Source of the DNA: an uncultured Parachlamydiaceae bacterium
GTDB taxonomy: Bacteria; Chlamydiota; Chlamydiia; Chlamydiales; Parachlamydiaceae
DNA: 64,000 nucleotides
Assembly: GCA_963752155.1 (NCBI GenBank)
Contig: CAVVXH010000010.1
Location: 32,001-96,000, forward strand
Direction of reading: 5' to 3'
Part shown: piece by piece, positions 20,253 through 30,547 of the stretch
Layout of the letters: every line of letters starts with the position of its first letter
Position numbering within the stretch: position 1 is the first letter of the stretch
Position numbers and translations under genes: made by a program
Notes under the pieces: model-generated
Seen by the model: the letters and a program-made list of their open reading frames with translations, nothing else
What the model was told of the DNA's origin: nothing
Database searches by the model: none

Positions 20253-21317
20253 ATGATGAACCCCGGAGAAATTAATAATCAGCAAACTCAGCAAACTTAC
20301 AATCAATATTATAAATTTGCTCATCGCACAGAAGTTTTGCTTAATTTTACAGCAAAATATCCAACCATCAGTTCGCAATTTAACGATTTGAAAAAGCAAA
20401 AGATCGACTTTGAAGAATCACCATTTTTTGTTCACGCGATTTTTTCGACGATTGTTAGATATCGTAAAACAGATAATTTTAAATATTTTATTAAAAATGT
20501 TAACAAGGATAATTTCGCTCGGTGCGCAAACGGTTTAACTCTTCCCAATTTTGATGATTCTAAAAAATGCATTACTTCAAAGCCATTGCATTCTCTTCTT
20601 TTTCAGGCTATCTGTCCAAATTTTACATCCACTTGCGATGAAAGGCTTAAGCTTGAGCCAAAATTAATAAATATTTTATTGGCTCATGATGATATTGATG
20701 TCAATTCACCTGTCATTGATTATTCAGGATGGGATGATTATGGCCTATTTATAATGCATGGAGGGACTCCTTTAGATATAGTGATAGAAAAAATCCGAAA
20801 TATTCCTTTAGCGCAAGCTCTATTGCTAAACGGAGCCAGATTAAAACTGCCTCTATCAGATAGGGGGCTAATATTTTATCAATCTGTTATTAATCCTTTA
20901 TATGCACCTTCTAAATGGTTAATTTTATCTAAAATATTCCCCAAGGAAATTCTTTCGAAGATTGTATATTACCAAATCAAAAATGCTGAACAAAAAGTTC
21001 TACCTGAAGATGGTAGCTTCCAAGGTCCCCCTCCACCCTATTTTGAAGCTTTACATGAATTGAGGATCAAATACTTATTTAATCAGAGTTATAGAAAATA
21101 TGTTAATAAAACAAAGGAACTAATGAATCTGAACAAGTTTTTTCTTCTATCTGCATCGGAACCTACACTAATAAGCGAGCTACGTTTTATGCTAAAAAAA
21201 GCTGAAATTCTTGGTATTGACATCGGAGTCTTGGATGAAGAATCAAAAAATGCTTTGGACATCGCACAAAAATGTAAGAACGAAGAAGCAATCATCCTTC
21301 TTAAATCGGTGGGGTGA
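20253..21317 (+). CDS. ankyrin-like hypothetical protein, paralog 1
   Basis: GGTPLDIV..ALLLNGA and KNALDIA ankyrin-like motifs; near-duplicate of 22141-23259. Confidence 0.7.
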   Translation: MMNPGEINNQQTQQTYNQYYKFAHRTEVLLNFTAKYPTISSQFNDLKKQKIDFEESPFFVHAIFSTIVRYRKTDNFKYFIKNVNKDNFARCANGLTLPNFDDSKKCITSKPLHSLLFQAICPNFTSTCDERLKLEPKLINILLAHDDIDVNSPVIDYSGWDDYGLFIMHGGTPLDIVIEKIRNIPLAQALLLNGARLKLPLSDRGLIFYQSVINPLYAPSKWLILSKIFPKEILSKIVYYQIKNAEQKVLPEDGSFQGPPPPYFEALHELRIKYLFNQSYRKYVNKTKELMNLNKFFLLSASEPTLISELRFMLKKAEILGIDIGVLDEESKNALDIAQKCKNEEAIILLKSVG

Positions 21318-21322
21318 CATTA

Positions 21323-21392
21323 CCCAGCCTTCGCTTAGCCCTCCGGGACTGCGCTCAGACTGGGCTGTTGTATATCGGCCCTCCGGGACTTG
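21323..21392. repeat. REP-like GC-rich hairpin after stop codon
   Basis: cccag...ctggg stem and gccctccgggact repeated twice. Confidence 0.45.
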
Positions 21393-21747
21393 TTTTACTA
21401 AAATAGGTCACCAATTCCATCTTTCTGATCAAAAGAAAGAATTTCGTTAATAACAGTTGTTCCAGGGGGAAAAATGGTCAGCATTCCTTGAGGCATTCAA
21501 AACTCCCAAATTGAATTTCTTAAGCTCAAGTATATCAAATAAGAAAAAAAGGGTCATATAAAATCCGAAAGGGAAAAATTTTCCCTTTCCGAGTTTTATT
21601 GAAAATGCCATCTCGATGCATTTTAAATGGCATATTTTGAAATCTATGGAATTTCACGAGTTCATGTCCTCTGGAGCTACAATTTGCGCAATTTCTTAGC
21701 TGTTACGATTCGCGTAAGATCTCTTTGTGCTCTTTGCGCCTTCGTGC

Positions 21748-21928
21748 CTCCTAAATAACAAGTTCGCGCCTTGCCATTGGTGCCTGACCTGATATTCTGA
21801 CATTTGCCCTCCTGGGAGGTTATGTCATCATTGTAGGCAAATGTCAGAATATCAGGTCAGGCACCAATGGCAAGGCGCTTTAAAAATTTGTTATTTCCTA
21901 ATAGGGGGCGCCGCAGGCAACTGTCTCG
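21748..21928 (-). mobile_element. palindromic element B (short form) inserted in element A
   Basis: 43-bp perfect inverted arms gcgccttgccattggtgcctgacctgatattctgacatttgcc; flanked by the two halves of an element A arm. Confidence 0.8.
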
Positions 21929-22140
21929 CTTTGCGTTTAATTTTTTCCTATACTTGATATCTTAATATCGCAGCATCTTTCTCACCCACCAAACAACTGG
22001 TCAGGCAACCGTCTCGCTTTTTTTTAACAAGATCTGTTTTAGATGTTGACAAATTAATTTTATTTAATATATATTAACCTTAATACTTTCATTTTTCATG
22101 GTGAGTATTTACTTACATCACAAACTATAACAAGGAAAAA

Positions 22141-23259
22141 ATGATGAACATCGAAGAAAATTATGCCAGGCAAACTTGCAGTCAATATTATAAATTTGCT
22201 CGTCTCACAAACGCTTGCCTTAATTTCACAGCACAATATCCAACCATCATTTCGCAATTTAACCAATTGAAAAAGGAAAAGAACGATTTTGAAGAATCTC
22301 CATTTTTTGTTCACGCGATTTTTTCGACAATTGTTGATAATCGTAAAACAGATAGTTTTAAATATTTTATTAAAAATATTAACAAAGATACTTTCGCTCG
22401 TTGTGCAAACGGTTTAACTCTTCCAGATTTTGATGATTCTAAAAAATGCGTTACTTCAAAGCCTTTGCATTCTCTTCTTTTTCATGCTATCTGTCCACAT
22501 TTTAAAACCGTTTGCCGTAAAATGGTTAACCCTGAGCCAAAATTAATAAATATTTTATTGGCTCATGATGATATTGATGTCAATTCACCTGTCATTGATC
22601 AATCAGGATGGCATGACTATGACTTATTTATAATGGATGGAGGGACTCCTTTAGATATAGTTATAGAGAAAATCCGAAATATTCCCTTAGCGCAAGCTCT
22701 ATTGCTAAACGGAGCCAGATTAAAACTGCCTCTATCAGATAGGGGGCTAATATTTTATCAATCTGTCATTACTCCCTTATATGAACCTTCAAAATGGTTA
22801 ATTTTATCTAAGTTTGACCCCCAATGTAAATTCCAAATATTCCCCGAGGAAGTTCTTTCGAAGATTGTATATTACCAAATCAAAAATGCTGAACAAAAAG
22901 TTCTACCTGAGGATGATCACTTCCCAATTGCCCCACCACCCTATTTTGAAGCTTTACATAAGTTGAGAAGCTTTAACTTATTCAATCAGAATGAAAGAAA
23001 ATATGTTTACAAAAGAAATGAATTTATGAATCTGAACAAGTTTTTCCTTCTATCTGCATCGGAACCTACACTAATAAGAGAGCTACAGTTTATGCTAAAA
23101 AATGCTAAAATTCTTGATATTGACATCGGAGTCTTGGATGAAGAATCAAAAAATGCTTTGGATATCGCACAAAAATGTAAGAACGAAGAAGCAATCATAC
23201 TTCTAGAAAGCGCAAATCACAAACCTAAGCATTCAAATAAGCCTTGTGTGATACAATAA
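22141..23259 (+). CDS. ankyrin-like hypothetical protein, paralog 2
   Basis: Near-duplicate of 20253-21317, including ~100 bp of upstream DNA. Confidence 0.7.
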   Translation: MMNIEENYARQTCSQYYKFARLTNACLNFTAQYPTIISQFNQLKKEKNDFEESPFFVHAIFSTIVDNRKTDSFKYFIKNINKDTFARCANGLTLPDFDDSKKCVTSKPLHSLLFHAICPHFKTVCRKMVNPEPKLINILLAHDDIDVNSPVIDQSGWHDYDLFIMDGGTPLDIVIEKIRNIPLAQALLLNGARLKLPLSDRGLIFYQSVITPLYEPSKWLILSKFDPQCKFQIFPEEVLSKIVYYQIKNAEQKVLPEDDHFPIAPPPYFEALHKLRSFNLFNQNERKYVYKRNEFMNLNKFFLLSASEPTLIRELQFMLKNAKILDIDIGVLDEESKNALDIAQKCKNEEAIILLESANHKPKHSNKPCVIQ

Positions 23260-23285
23260 CTTCTTATATCTCCAAAATATTTAGA

Positions 23286-23314
23286 TTGCGTATAAATCTT
23301 TTATATGTTACAGT
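23286..23314 (+). promoter_or_regulatory. putative sigma70-type promoter of aromatic operon
   Basis: TTGCGT-17 nt-TACAGT with TG extended -10. Confidence 0.55.
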
Positions 23315-23343
23315 TAGGAAAAGAGCACAAAGGACACGTTAAG

Positions 23344-23403
23344 ATGAGCCAACAGCTGTACTTCTACTTCTATTACTTACCCACTTGGCGGGAGGCTGAC
23401 TGA
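23344..23403 (+). CDS. attenuator leader peptide 1 (MSQQLYFYFYYLPTWREAD)
   Basis: Six consecutive Tyr/Phe codons plus a Trp; aagga upstream; followed by an intrinsic terminator. Confidence 0.85.
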   Translation: MSQQLYFYFYYLPTWREAD

Positions 23404-23430
23404 TGCTGTAAAAAGCATTCGTGTCTCACA

Positions 23431-23457
23431 AATCCCGCCACAAGCGGGTTTTTTTTT
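23431..23457 (+). terminator. attenuator terminator 1
   Basis: aatcccgc-cacaa-gcgggtt plus T-run; 5' arm tcccgcca is complementary to tggcggga (23386-23393). Confidence 0.85.
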
Positions 23458-23492
23458 GCCCTAATATAATTTAATTTTTTTAAGGAATCCAA

Positions 23493-23588
23493 ATGTCTCT
23501 TATAAACTCTATCAAAACTCTCCCAAGTACAAATTGCTATTTCTATTTCTTTTTTTATTTTACTCCACCCATAGGCGGGAGCCCTTGA
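23493..23588 (+). CDS. attenuator leader peptide 2 (MSLINSIKTLPSTNCYFYFFFYFTPPIGGSP)
   Basis: Eight consecutive Phe/Tyr codons; RBS taagga; followed by an intrinsic terminator. Confidence 0.85.
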   Translation: MSLINSIKTLPSTNCYFYFFFYFTPPIGGSP

Positions 23589-23623
23589 TCCCTTATTAGC
23601 TGATGCTAAATAGGTTTGAATCA

Positions 23624-23653
23624 GGCCCCGCCAAAAGGTGGGGCTTTTTTTTT
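23624..23653 (+). terminator. attenuator terminator 2
   Basis: ggccccgcc-aaaa-ggtggggct plus T-run; 5' arm is complementary to ggcgggagcc (23574-23583) with one bulge. Confidence 0.85.
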
Positions 23654-23693
23654 GTCCAAAAATCAAAATGTGATGTTATATAAAAGGAAAAAT

Positions 23694-24485
23694 ATGGATA
23701 TTTTAAGTTCAAATCCTGCGAATTTAATGATTGCAGGACCCTGTGCTTTGGAATCTCGAGATCAGCTTCGAGAGACTGTGGCCACCCTAAAAAAATTGGG
23801 AATAAATATGATTCGAGCTTCTTTATGGAAGCCCCGAACACTACCAGGCTGGGAAGGCCTTGGATGGATGGGCCTCCCCATTCTCTTAGAAGAAACAGTT
23901 CCGCATGGTCTAATCCCTGCCACTGAAATCATCACTGCAGAACATGCATTAATGGTTGTGCATGCCATGGAACAGAATGGCGAAAATGCTAAAATCATCG
24001 TTTGGTTAGGATCTCGCAATCAAAATCATATTGAACAAAAGAAAATTTCTAAAATTTTGGCCACAGGTCCCGGAGGGATTATCCTCATGTTCAAAAATCA
24101 AATGTGGGAAGATGAGCGTCATTGGTTGGGTATCTATGAACATATCATTTCTGAAGGATTCCCTCGCGAACGGCTGATGATTTGTCACCGAGGATTTTCC
24201 CCAGGAAAAATGAATAATCCAAAAGGACTGCGGAATCTACCCGATTTCGAAATGGCGATGAGAGTCAAAGAAAAAACGGGTTTACCAATGTTGCTGGATC
24301 CTTCTCACATTGGTGGGTCAACAGAAAATGTTATGGAAATTTGTTCTGCTGCTATGGCCTATGACTTTGATGGACATCTTGTAGAAATGCATTGTAATCC
24401 AGATAAAGCAAAGACAGATGCAAAACAACAGCTTTCCCCGGCTCAATTCCAAAGTTTATTGAAATGTGTTCGAAATCCTTCTTGA
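23694..24485 (+). CDS. aroF: DAHP synthase (class I-beta type, no regulatory domain)
   Basis: IAGPCALES, WKPRT, CHRG, DPSH, EMH..P.KAKTD. Confidence 0.85.
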   Translation: MDILSSNPANLMIAGPCALESRDQLRETVATLKKLGINMIRASLWKPRTLPGWEGLGWMGLPILLEETVPHGLIPATEIITAEHALMVVHAMEQNGENAKIIVWLGSRNQNHIEQKKISKILATGPGGIILMFKNQMWEDERHWLGIYEHIISEGFPRERLMICHRGFSPGKMNNPKGLRNLPDFEMAMRVKEKTGLPMLLDPSHIGGSTENVMEICSAAMAYDFDGHLVEMHCNPDKAKTDAKQQLSPAQFQSLLKCVRNPS

Positions 24486-24493
24486 GGTGGGGC

Positions 24494-25326
24494 ATGGCAA
24501 CAATTACTTATCAAGGTGTTCTTGGAGCTTTTAGCTACATCACAGCCGTAAAGCTATTCGGAGAGGATCAAAATTATAAGGCTGCTTCTACTTTTAAGGA
24601 AGCATTTGATTATGTAAATGATGGAGAAGCGGATTATGCAGTTTTGCCCATTGAAAATAGCCTGATAGGTTCAATTTTCGAGAATTATGACCTTTTGAAT
24701 GCTTATGAGATGCTTATTATTGGAGAGCATTATATGCGCATTGAACATTGCCTTTTGGTATTGCCTTGCTTATCCGTTCTTAAGGACGTCAAAAAAGTAC
24801 TCTCGCATCCTAAAGCTCTGCAACAATGTACTGACTTTTTCCGCAATCATCCATGGATAGAGGCTGTCGTTCACATTGATACTGCAGCTGCTGCCAAAGA
24901 AGTGGCCGATCGAAAAGATCCGGCTTATGCAGCCATTGCAAGTGCTTTTGCAGGAGAATTCTATGGTTTAAAGATGATTGAGAGGGGCATTGAAGATGAT
25001 ATACAAAATTATACTCGTTTTATTATTCTAGCGAAAAAAGAAATGATCCTAGAAACGGCAGTTGAAGACGATAAATGTTCCTTAGTGATGCGTTTGAGAC
25101 ATCAACCTGGAACTCTTGCGAATGCTCTCGAATTATTTGGAAAATATGGATTTAATTTGACCAAGATCGAATCGCGACCTATTCGAGGAATCCTTTTGAG
25201 TATTTATTTTATGTGGACTTTAGTTTTGAACCTAGAGATGGGCATGTTATTCAGGCCTTAGAAAATCTAAAAGATGAAACAGAGTCTTTAAAGATTTTAG
25301 GATTTTATAAAAAAGGGACGTTATGA
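24494..25326 (+). CDS. pheA: prephenate dehydratase (frameshift near 25190)
   Basis: YQGVLGAFS, PIENS, SHPKALQQC, NYTRF, LTKIESRP; shifted frame continues NPFEYLFYVDF...ILGFY to TGA 25326. Confidence 0.9.
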
Positions 25327-26381
25327 AAATGTTGCAAAAACTTCGAGATCGAATTGATTGGCTTGATGAACATATCGCTTTTTTGATGGATGCGAGAATG
25401 AAAACGGTCGATCAAGTCGGTCGATTAAAAAGTACTCTACATCAAGATGTCACAGACTTATCCCGAGAAGACAATGTTTTACAGCATGTGCAAGATGCCG
25501 TTCAACATCCTATTCTTAAAACTAACATTGTCAACATCTACAAAGAGATTATGTTGGAAGCGAGAGTGGCACAACAGTTTTTTAGACATACTTCTCAGCC
25601 CTTTCGAAGAATTGGTATTATTGGGCTTGGAATGATGGGTGCATCTATCTCTAAAGCACTTAAAACAAAGGATCCATTAATTGAGTTGTGTACGATCATG
25701 CATCCTGGCAATGATACTTCACAGGCTTATGCGGGGGGGTGGATAGATCGTATGTTCTCCACATTAGCTGAACTTATTGAAAATATAGATCTTATCATTT
25801 TGGCATCTCCAATTTCGACGATTATTGCTTATGCCAATGAAATAGCACAGCATGCCTCACAAAACAAAAAACTCATCGTTCTGGATATCGCAAGCGTCAA
25901 GCTAGACATTGTTAAAGCTTTTGAGGCTCTGACCAGTGAACAGATAGAGTATGTGGGATCTCATCCTATGGCCGGAAATGAAACCAGTGGTTTTGCAGGG
26001 AGTCAACCCACTCTATTTGTTAATAGGCCTTGGGTCATCGTTCCTCATTCCAAAAATACTGCAGAAACACTCGGTTCCATCGAAGAGTTAATTCAATTTT
26101 TTGGTGCAAAACTTACTTCTTTAGATGCTGAAATTCATGATCAAAGAGTTTCACTCATTTCACATCTGCCTGCATTTATTTCAAAATCATATTTAGATTT
26201 TGTAAATTCTACGGATCCTCAGAGCTCACTTATTGCAGGGCCAGGTTTCGAATCATTTACTCGACTTGCTAGCCAAAACGAGCAGATGCAAGTTGAAATA
26301 GAAAAATATAACAAGAACTTTATTCAAGCTTATTTAAAGCAATGGCTAGCAGTTCTGGAAAATAGAGAGGAACATTCATGA
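25323..26381 (+). CDS. tyrA: chorismate mutase-prephenate dehydrogenase fusion
   Basis: N-terminal LRDRIDWLD..L..R (CM type II); GLGMMG, DIASVK, HPMAG, HD...ISHLP. Confidence 0.9.
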   Translation: MKMLQKLRDRIDWLDEHIAFLMDARMKTVDQVGRLKSTLHQDVTDLSREDNVLQHVQDAVQHPILKTNIVNIYKEIMLEARVAQQFFRHTSQPFRRIGIIGLGMMGASISKALKTKDPLIELCTIMHPGNDTSQAYAGGWIDRMFSTLAELIENIDLIILASPISTIIAYANEIAQHASQNKKLIVLDIASVKLDIVKAFEALTSEQIEYVGSHPMAGNETSGFAGSQPTLFVNRPWVIVPHSKNTAETLGSIEELIQFFGAKLTSLDAEIHDQRVSLISHLPAFISKSYLDFVNSTDPQSSLIAGPGFESFTRLASQNEQMQVEIEKYNKNFIQAYLKQWLAVLENREEHS

Positions 26382-27544
26382 AACAATTATCTGCTTCAGC
26401 AACTGTTGCAATCAATGATTTAGCTCTAGAAAAAAAGAGCAAAGGAGAGAGGGTCTATAATTTCGCAGCTGGGGATCCAGTCCTTGTTAATCACCCTTCC
26501 ATTGGTGCAAGGGGCTGTTAAGCAAATTGAGAAGGGATTATCTCCGTACCCTCCTGTAGAGGGGCTTCCTCAATTGCGTGCATTGGCTGTAGATTGGGTG
26601 AACACCACATGCCATACGAGTTTTCACAAAGAGAATGTATTGGTCACATGTGGGGGCAAATTTGCTCTGTTTGCGATATTAGAATCCCTCCTCGAGCAAA
26701 ATCAAACGGTTTTAATCATTGCTCCTTATTGGGTTTCCTATCCTTCACTTGTTAAGATGGCTGGAGGAATCCCTAAAGTGATTTCAACTCATGCTGCAAA
26801 AAAGTGGAAAATCACACCGCAAGACCTTATAGAGCATCATTCGGTAGAGACTAAAGCGTTGATTTTTAATAGTGCTTGCAATCCAACTGGAACGGTCTAC
26901 ACGAAAGAAGAGGTTGCGGCCATTTTACGTACAGCAAGTGAATTGGGTCTGATGGTTATATCTGACGAGGTCTACAGTGGTCTTGTGTTTGAAGAGGAAT
27001 TTGTTTCTTGCGGTTCATTTCCTGAATATCGTGAGAACGTTATGATAGTCCAAAGTTGCTCAAAGAATTTTGCTATGGCGGGATGGAGAGTCGGATTTGC
27101 TTTTGGGCCTGAATCGATCATTGAACTTTTGGCCCGAGTTCAAAGTCAAACAACTACAAGTACTCCTTTGGCGAGTCAGTGGGCTGCAATAAGTGCTTTG
27201 GAGAACGCAGGGGTTGTGAATTCATATGTTAAACAGGCAATGAGAGCAAGAAGAGACATTTTTGTCTCCACTTATAACTCTCTTTTTTCTACTCCTATTG
27301 AAACGCCAAAGTCGGCTCTTTATGCCTTTTTATCCATGAGTTCACTTGGATTACCGCAAGAGGTCTCCTCCGGTTCATTTTGTAAGGAACTTATTTCAAA
27401 AGATAATTTAGCTGTTGCCCTGGAACTGCTTTTGGAGATGAAGAGTATGTGCGCTTTGCCTATTCAGAAACTGAAGACGAAATTCAAGAAGGATTACATG
27501 TGTTGCAATCTGCAATTGAACCAATTAGGAGAGAAAAATCATGA
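26378..27544 (+). CDS. class I/II PLP aminotransferase (frameshifts near 26500 and 27415)
   Basis: MKQLSASATVAIND..FAAGDP start; NPTG, SDEVY, SKNFAMAGWRVG; shifted C-terminus PGTAFGDEEYVRFAY. Confidence 0.88.
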
Positions 27545-28840
27545 GTCACTATCTTGTTAAAAAATCAACTACAAAGCGGGGAAATTGTCGTCCCTCCTTC
27601 AAAGTCTCATACTTTACGTGCCATTCTTTTTGGCGCATTAGGTCACGGAGAAACAAAAGTTCGCAATTACCTTGACTCGACATACTCAGCAATGATTGAA
27701 GCCTGTAGACTCCTTGGAGCTACTTTAGATGTCACTTCTACATCCATTACAATTCAAGGGACGAATGGAAAAATTGATTTTGGGAATAAAGATGTGATCC
27801 ATGCTGGAAATTCAGGAATAGTTCTCCGGTTCTGTGCGGCCATTGGAGCCCTTTCTTCGAATCCAATTGTGATCACAGGGGATCATTCCATCCGCCATCA
27901 AAGACCTATGAAGCCACTTCTTGATGGGCTTTCACAGCTAGGTGTCACTTCTTATTCCATGCGAGGAGATGGGTATGCGCCCATTATTACTTTCGGACCT
28001 ATTCGTTCTGGAAAAGTAATTATTTCCGGAGAGGATTCTCAGCCGGTTTCTGACTCCTCGATCGCTGCCGCTTTTGCCGAAGGGCCTATTGATTTAGAAG
28101 TGCGTAATGCCGGGGAAAAACCTTGGGTGGCTCTGACACTAGATTGGTTTGATCGTTTAGGGATCGCTTATGAACATCGAAATTTTGAGTCCTATCGTCT
28201 TTTTGGAAATAATCGCTATGAAGGATTTGATTATACAGTGCCAGGAGATTTAAGTTCAGCAGCATTTCCCATTACTGCAGCGTTGATTACAGGTTCAGAG
28301 CTAATTGTCAATAATATTGACATGCAAGATTCCCAGGGAGATAAAGAGCTCATTTTGACGCTCCAAAAAATGGGAGCTAGGATTGAAATTGATGAACATC
28401 TCAAAAAGTTAGTTGTAAAAAAGGGAAAACAACTTTCAGGGATATCTGTCGACATTAATAATTATGTGGATGCCATTACAATATTGGCAGTCGTCGCTTG
28501 CTATGCTGAAGGGGAGACGAGAATTGAAAATGCTGCAGTTGCTCGACAAAAGGAATGCAATCGCATTCAGAGCATCGCAACAGAGTTGCGTAAAATGGGA
28601 GCTGACATTCAAGAAACTGAGAATGGTTTGCGTATTAGAGGATCCAAACTTAAAGGAGCAGATGTAGAATCGTATAATGATCATCGAATGGTGATGTCGT
28701 TGTGTGTTGCAGGCTTAGGTGCTGAGGGTGAAACTAAAGTGGGCCCTGTGGAGTGTGTTTCAAAAACATTCCCTACGTTTAAAAAGGATTTTACACTTCT
28801 TGGAGCTATCCTAAGAGATGACTTGGAGACCTCTTCATGA
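27541..28840 (+). CDS. aroA: EPSP synthase (frameshift near 5' end)
   Basis: PPSKS, GNSG, RPM, KECNRI, DHRM, KTFP; probable ATG at 27541 overlapping the upstream stop. Confidence 0.92.
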
Positions 28841-29367
28841 ACATTATTTTATGTGGACTCCCCATGAGTGGTAAGACGACGATTGGAAAAATGGTTGCTC
28901 AACAGCTAGATTATCATTTCATCGATACAGATCGCCTCATTGAAAAAGCTTATGTTGAGGAAAAACATCAAGCAAAATCTTGCCGTGAAATTTATCGAGA
29001 GCTAGGAGAAGTCAAATTTCGAGAATTCGAAAAACAACAAATTGCCACTTTGAAAGAATTAAATAGAACGGTTCTTGCACTAGGTGGGGGAACTTTGGAA
29101 GATGTTGAAAATGTGTTCAAATTAAAGGAAGTGGGTTTGATGATTTATTTGAAAGCTCCTATCGATGTTCTTTGGACCAGAATGAGTCTTCAAAACATTC
29201 CAGCCTATTTGGATCCAAAAGATCCTGAAAAAGCATTTTATGAATTAGCTAAAAAGCGTTTACCTTTATATGAAAATGCTGCACAGCTTGTTGTCGAGAC
29301 AACACAGTTAAGTGAGCAAGAGATCGTTAATAATATAATGAATAGGAAGTTAACAGATGGCGAGTAA
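28837..29367 (+). CDS. aroK: shikimate kinase
   Basis: GLPMSGKTT, DTD, FREFE, GGG, RLPLY. Confidence 0.93.
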   Translation: MNIILCGLPMSGKTTIGKMVAQQLDYHFIDTDRLIEKAYVEEKHQAKSCREIYRELGEVKFREFEKQQIATLKELNRTVLALGGGTLEDVENVFKLKEVGLMIYLKAPIDVLWTRMSLQNIPAYLDPKDPEKAFYELAKKRLPLYENAAQLVVETTQLSEQEIVNNIMNRKLTDGE

Positions 29368-30449
29368 TCATTTTGGAAATATTTTTAAAATTACGACATG
29401 GGGAGAGTCCCATGGAAAGGCTATAGGTGTCGTGATCGATGGGTGTCCGGCAGGACTCGAGCTTGATGTGAGCGAAATTAATTCAGCCCTAGCCTTGCGT
29501 GCACCTGGAAGAAATCCTTATACTTCCCCAAGAACTGAAACAGATCAAGCAGAAATTTTTTCCGGGGTGTTTGAAGGAAAAACAACAGGAGCGCCAATAA
29601 GTATCATTATTCCAAATAGGGATGCAGATTCAACGAAGTATGAACCGATTAAAGATCTCCTTAGGCCGGGACATGCGAATTTTACCTATTTGGAAAAATA
29701 TGGGATTTTTGATTATCGGGGAGGGGGCCGGGCATCTGCACGTGAAACTGCCAGTCGCGTTGCAGCTGGAGCTGTAGCCAAGAAGCTACTGAAATACAAT
29801 GAAATTCAGGTTATTGCCTATCATTAAACAGATTGGGGAAGTAGAAGCTATTCCTAACCGAGAAGATTTTGAACAGTTGCATGAAGCTATCTATGAAAGC
29901 CCTTTATTTTGCCCTGATGCGAATGCTACACAAAAGATGATTCATCTTATTGAAAAAGTCAAGGATGATGGGGATTCACTTGGAGGTGTCGTTGAATTTT
30001 ATGCCTTTGGAGTTCCTGTTGGGTTAGGAGATCCAGTCTATGAAAAATTGGAAGCTAATTTAGCTCAAGCTCTGATGACGTTGCCTGCTACAAAAGGATT
30101 TGAAATTGGTTCAGGTTTTAGTTCAGTAAGGATGCTTGCATCAGAACACAATGATCTTTTTAGCAATGAAAAGGATAAAATAGAGACTAAAACAAATTAT
30201 GCAGGTGGAACATTGGGAGGGATTTCCAGTGGAATGCCGATCGTTGGTAGAGTTGCTTTTAAACCGACCTCGAGCATTAAAAAGCCTCAGGCGACTTTGA
30301 CAAGATCAGGGGAACGTTCATCTTTTAAATTGCCTGAAGGTTCGCGTCATGATCCATGTGTTGCGATTCGTGCGGTGCCGGTTGTTGAGGCTATGGTTGC
30401 GCTGGTATTGGTAGATGCCATTCTCATGAATAGGAGCGTTAGGATTTAG
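29357..30449 (+). CDS. aroC: chorismate synthase (frameshift near 29820)
   Basis: GESHG, RPGHA, GGGRASARET in the first ORF; KPTSSI, RHDPC in the second. Confidence 0.93.
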
Positions 30450-30547
30450 ATCTTGCATGTAAAGTATTGTCACACGAAATAGTAAAGATTTTGAACGATT
30501 AAATATTCCACTTATTAATCCCTGGCTATAGCAGGGTTCGATCGTTT

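Noticed and set aside
23373..23841. Minus-strand ORFs over the attenuator region, and the 23616 TTG extension of the DAHP synthase
   Set aside because: They cross terminator hairpins and have no recognisable motifs; the + strand leader peptides and ATG 23694 explain the region better.
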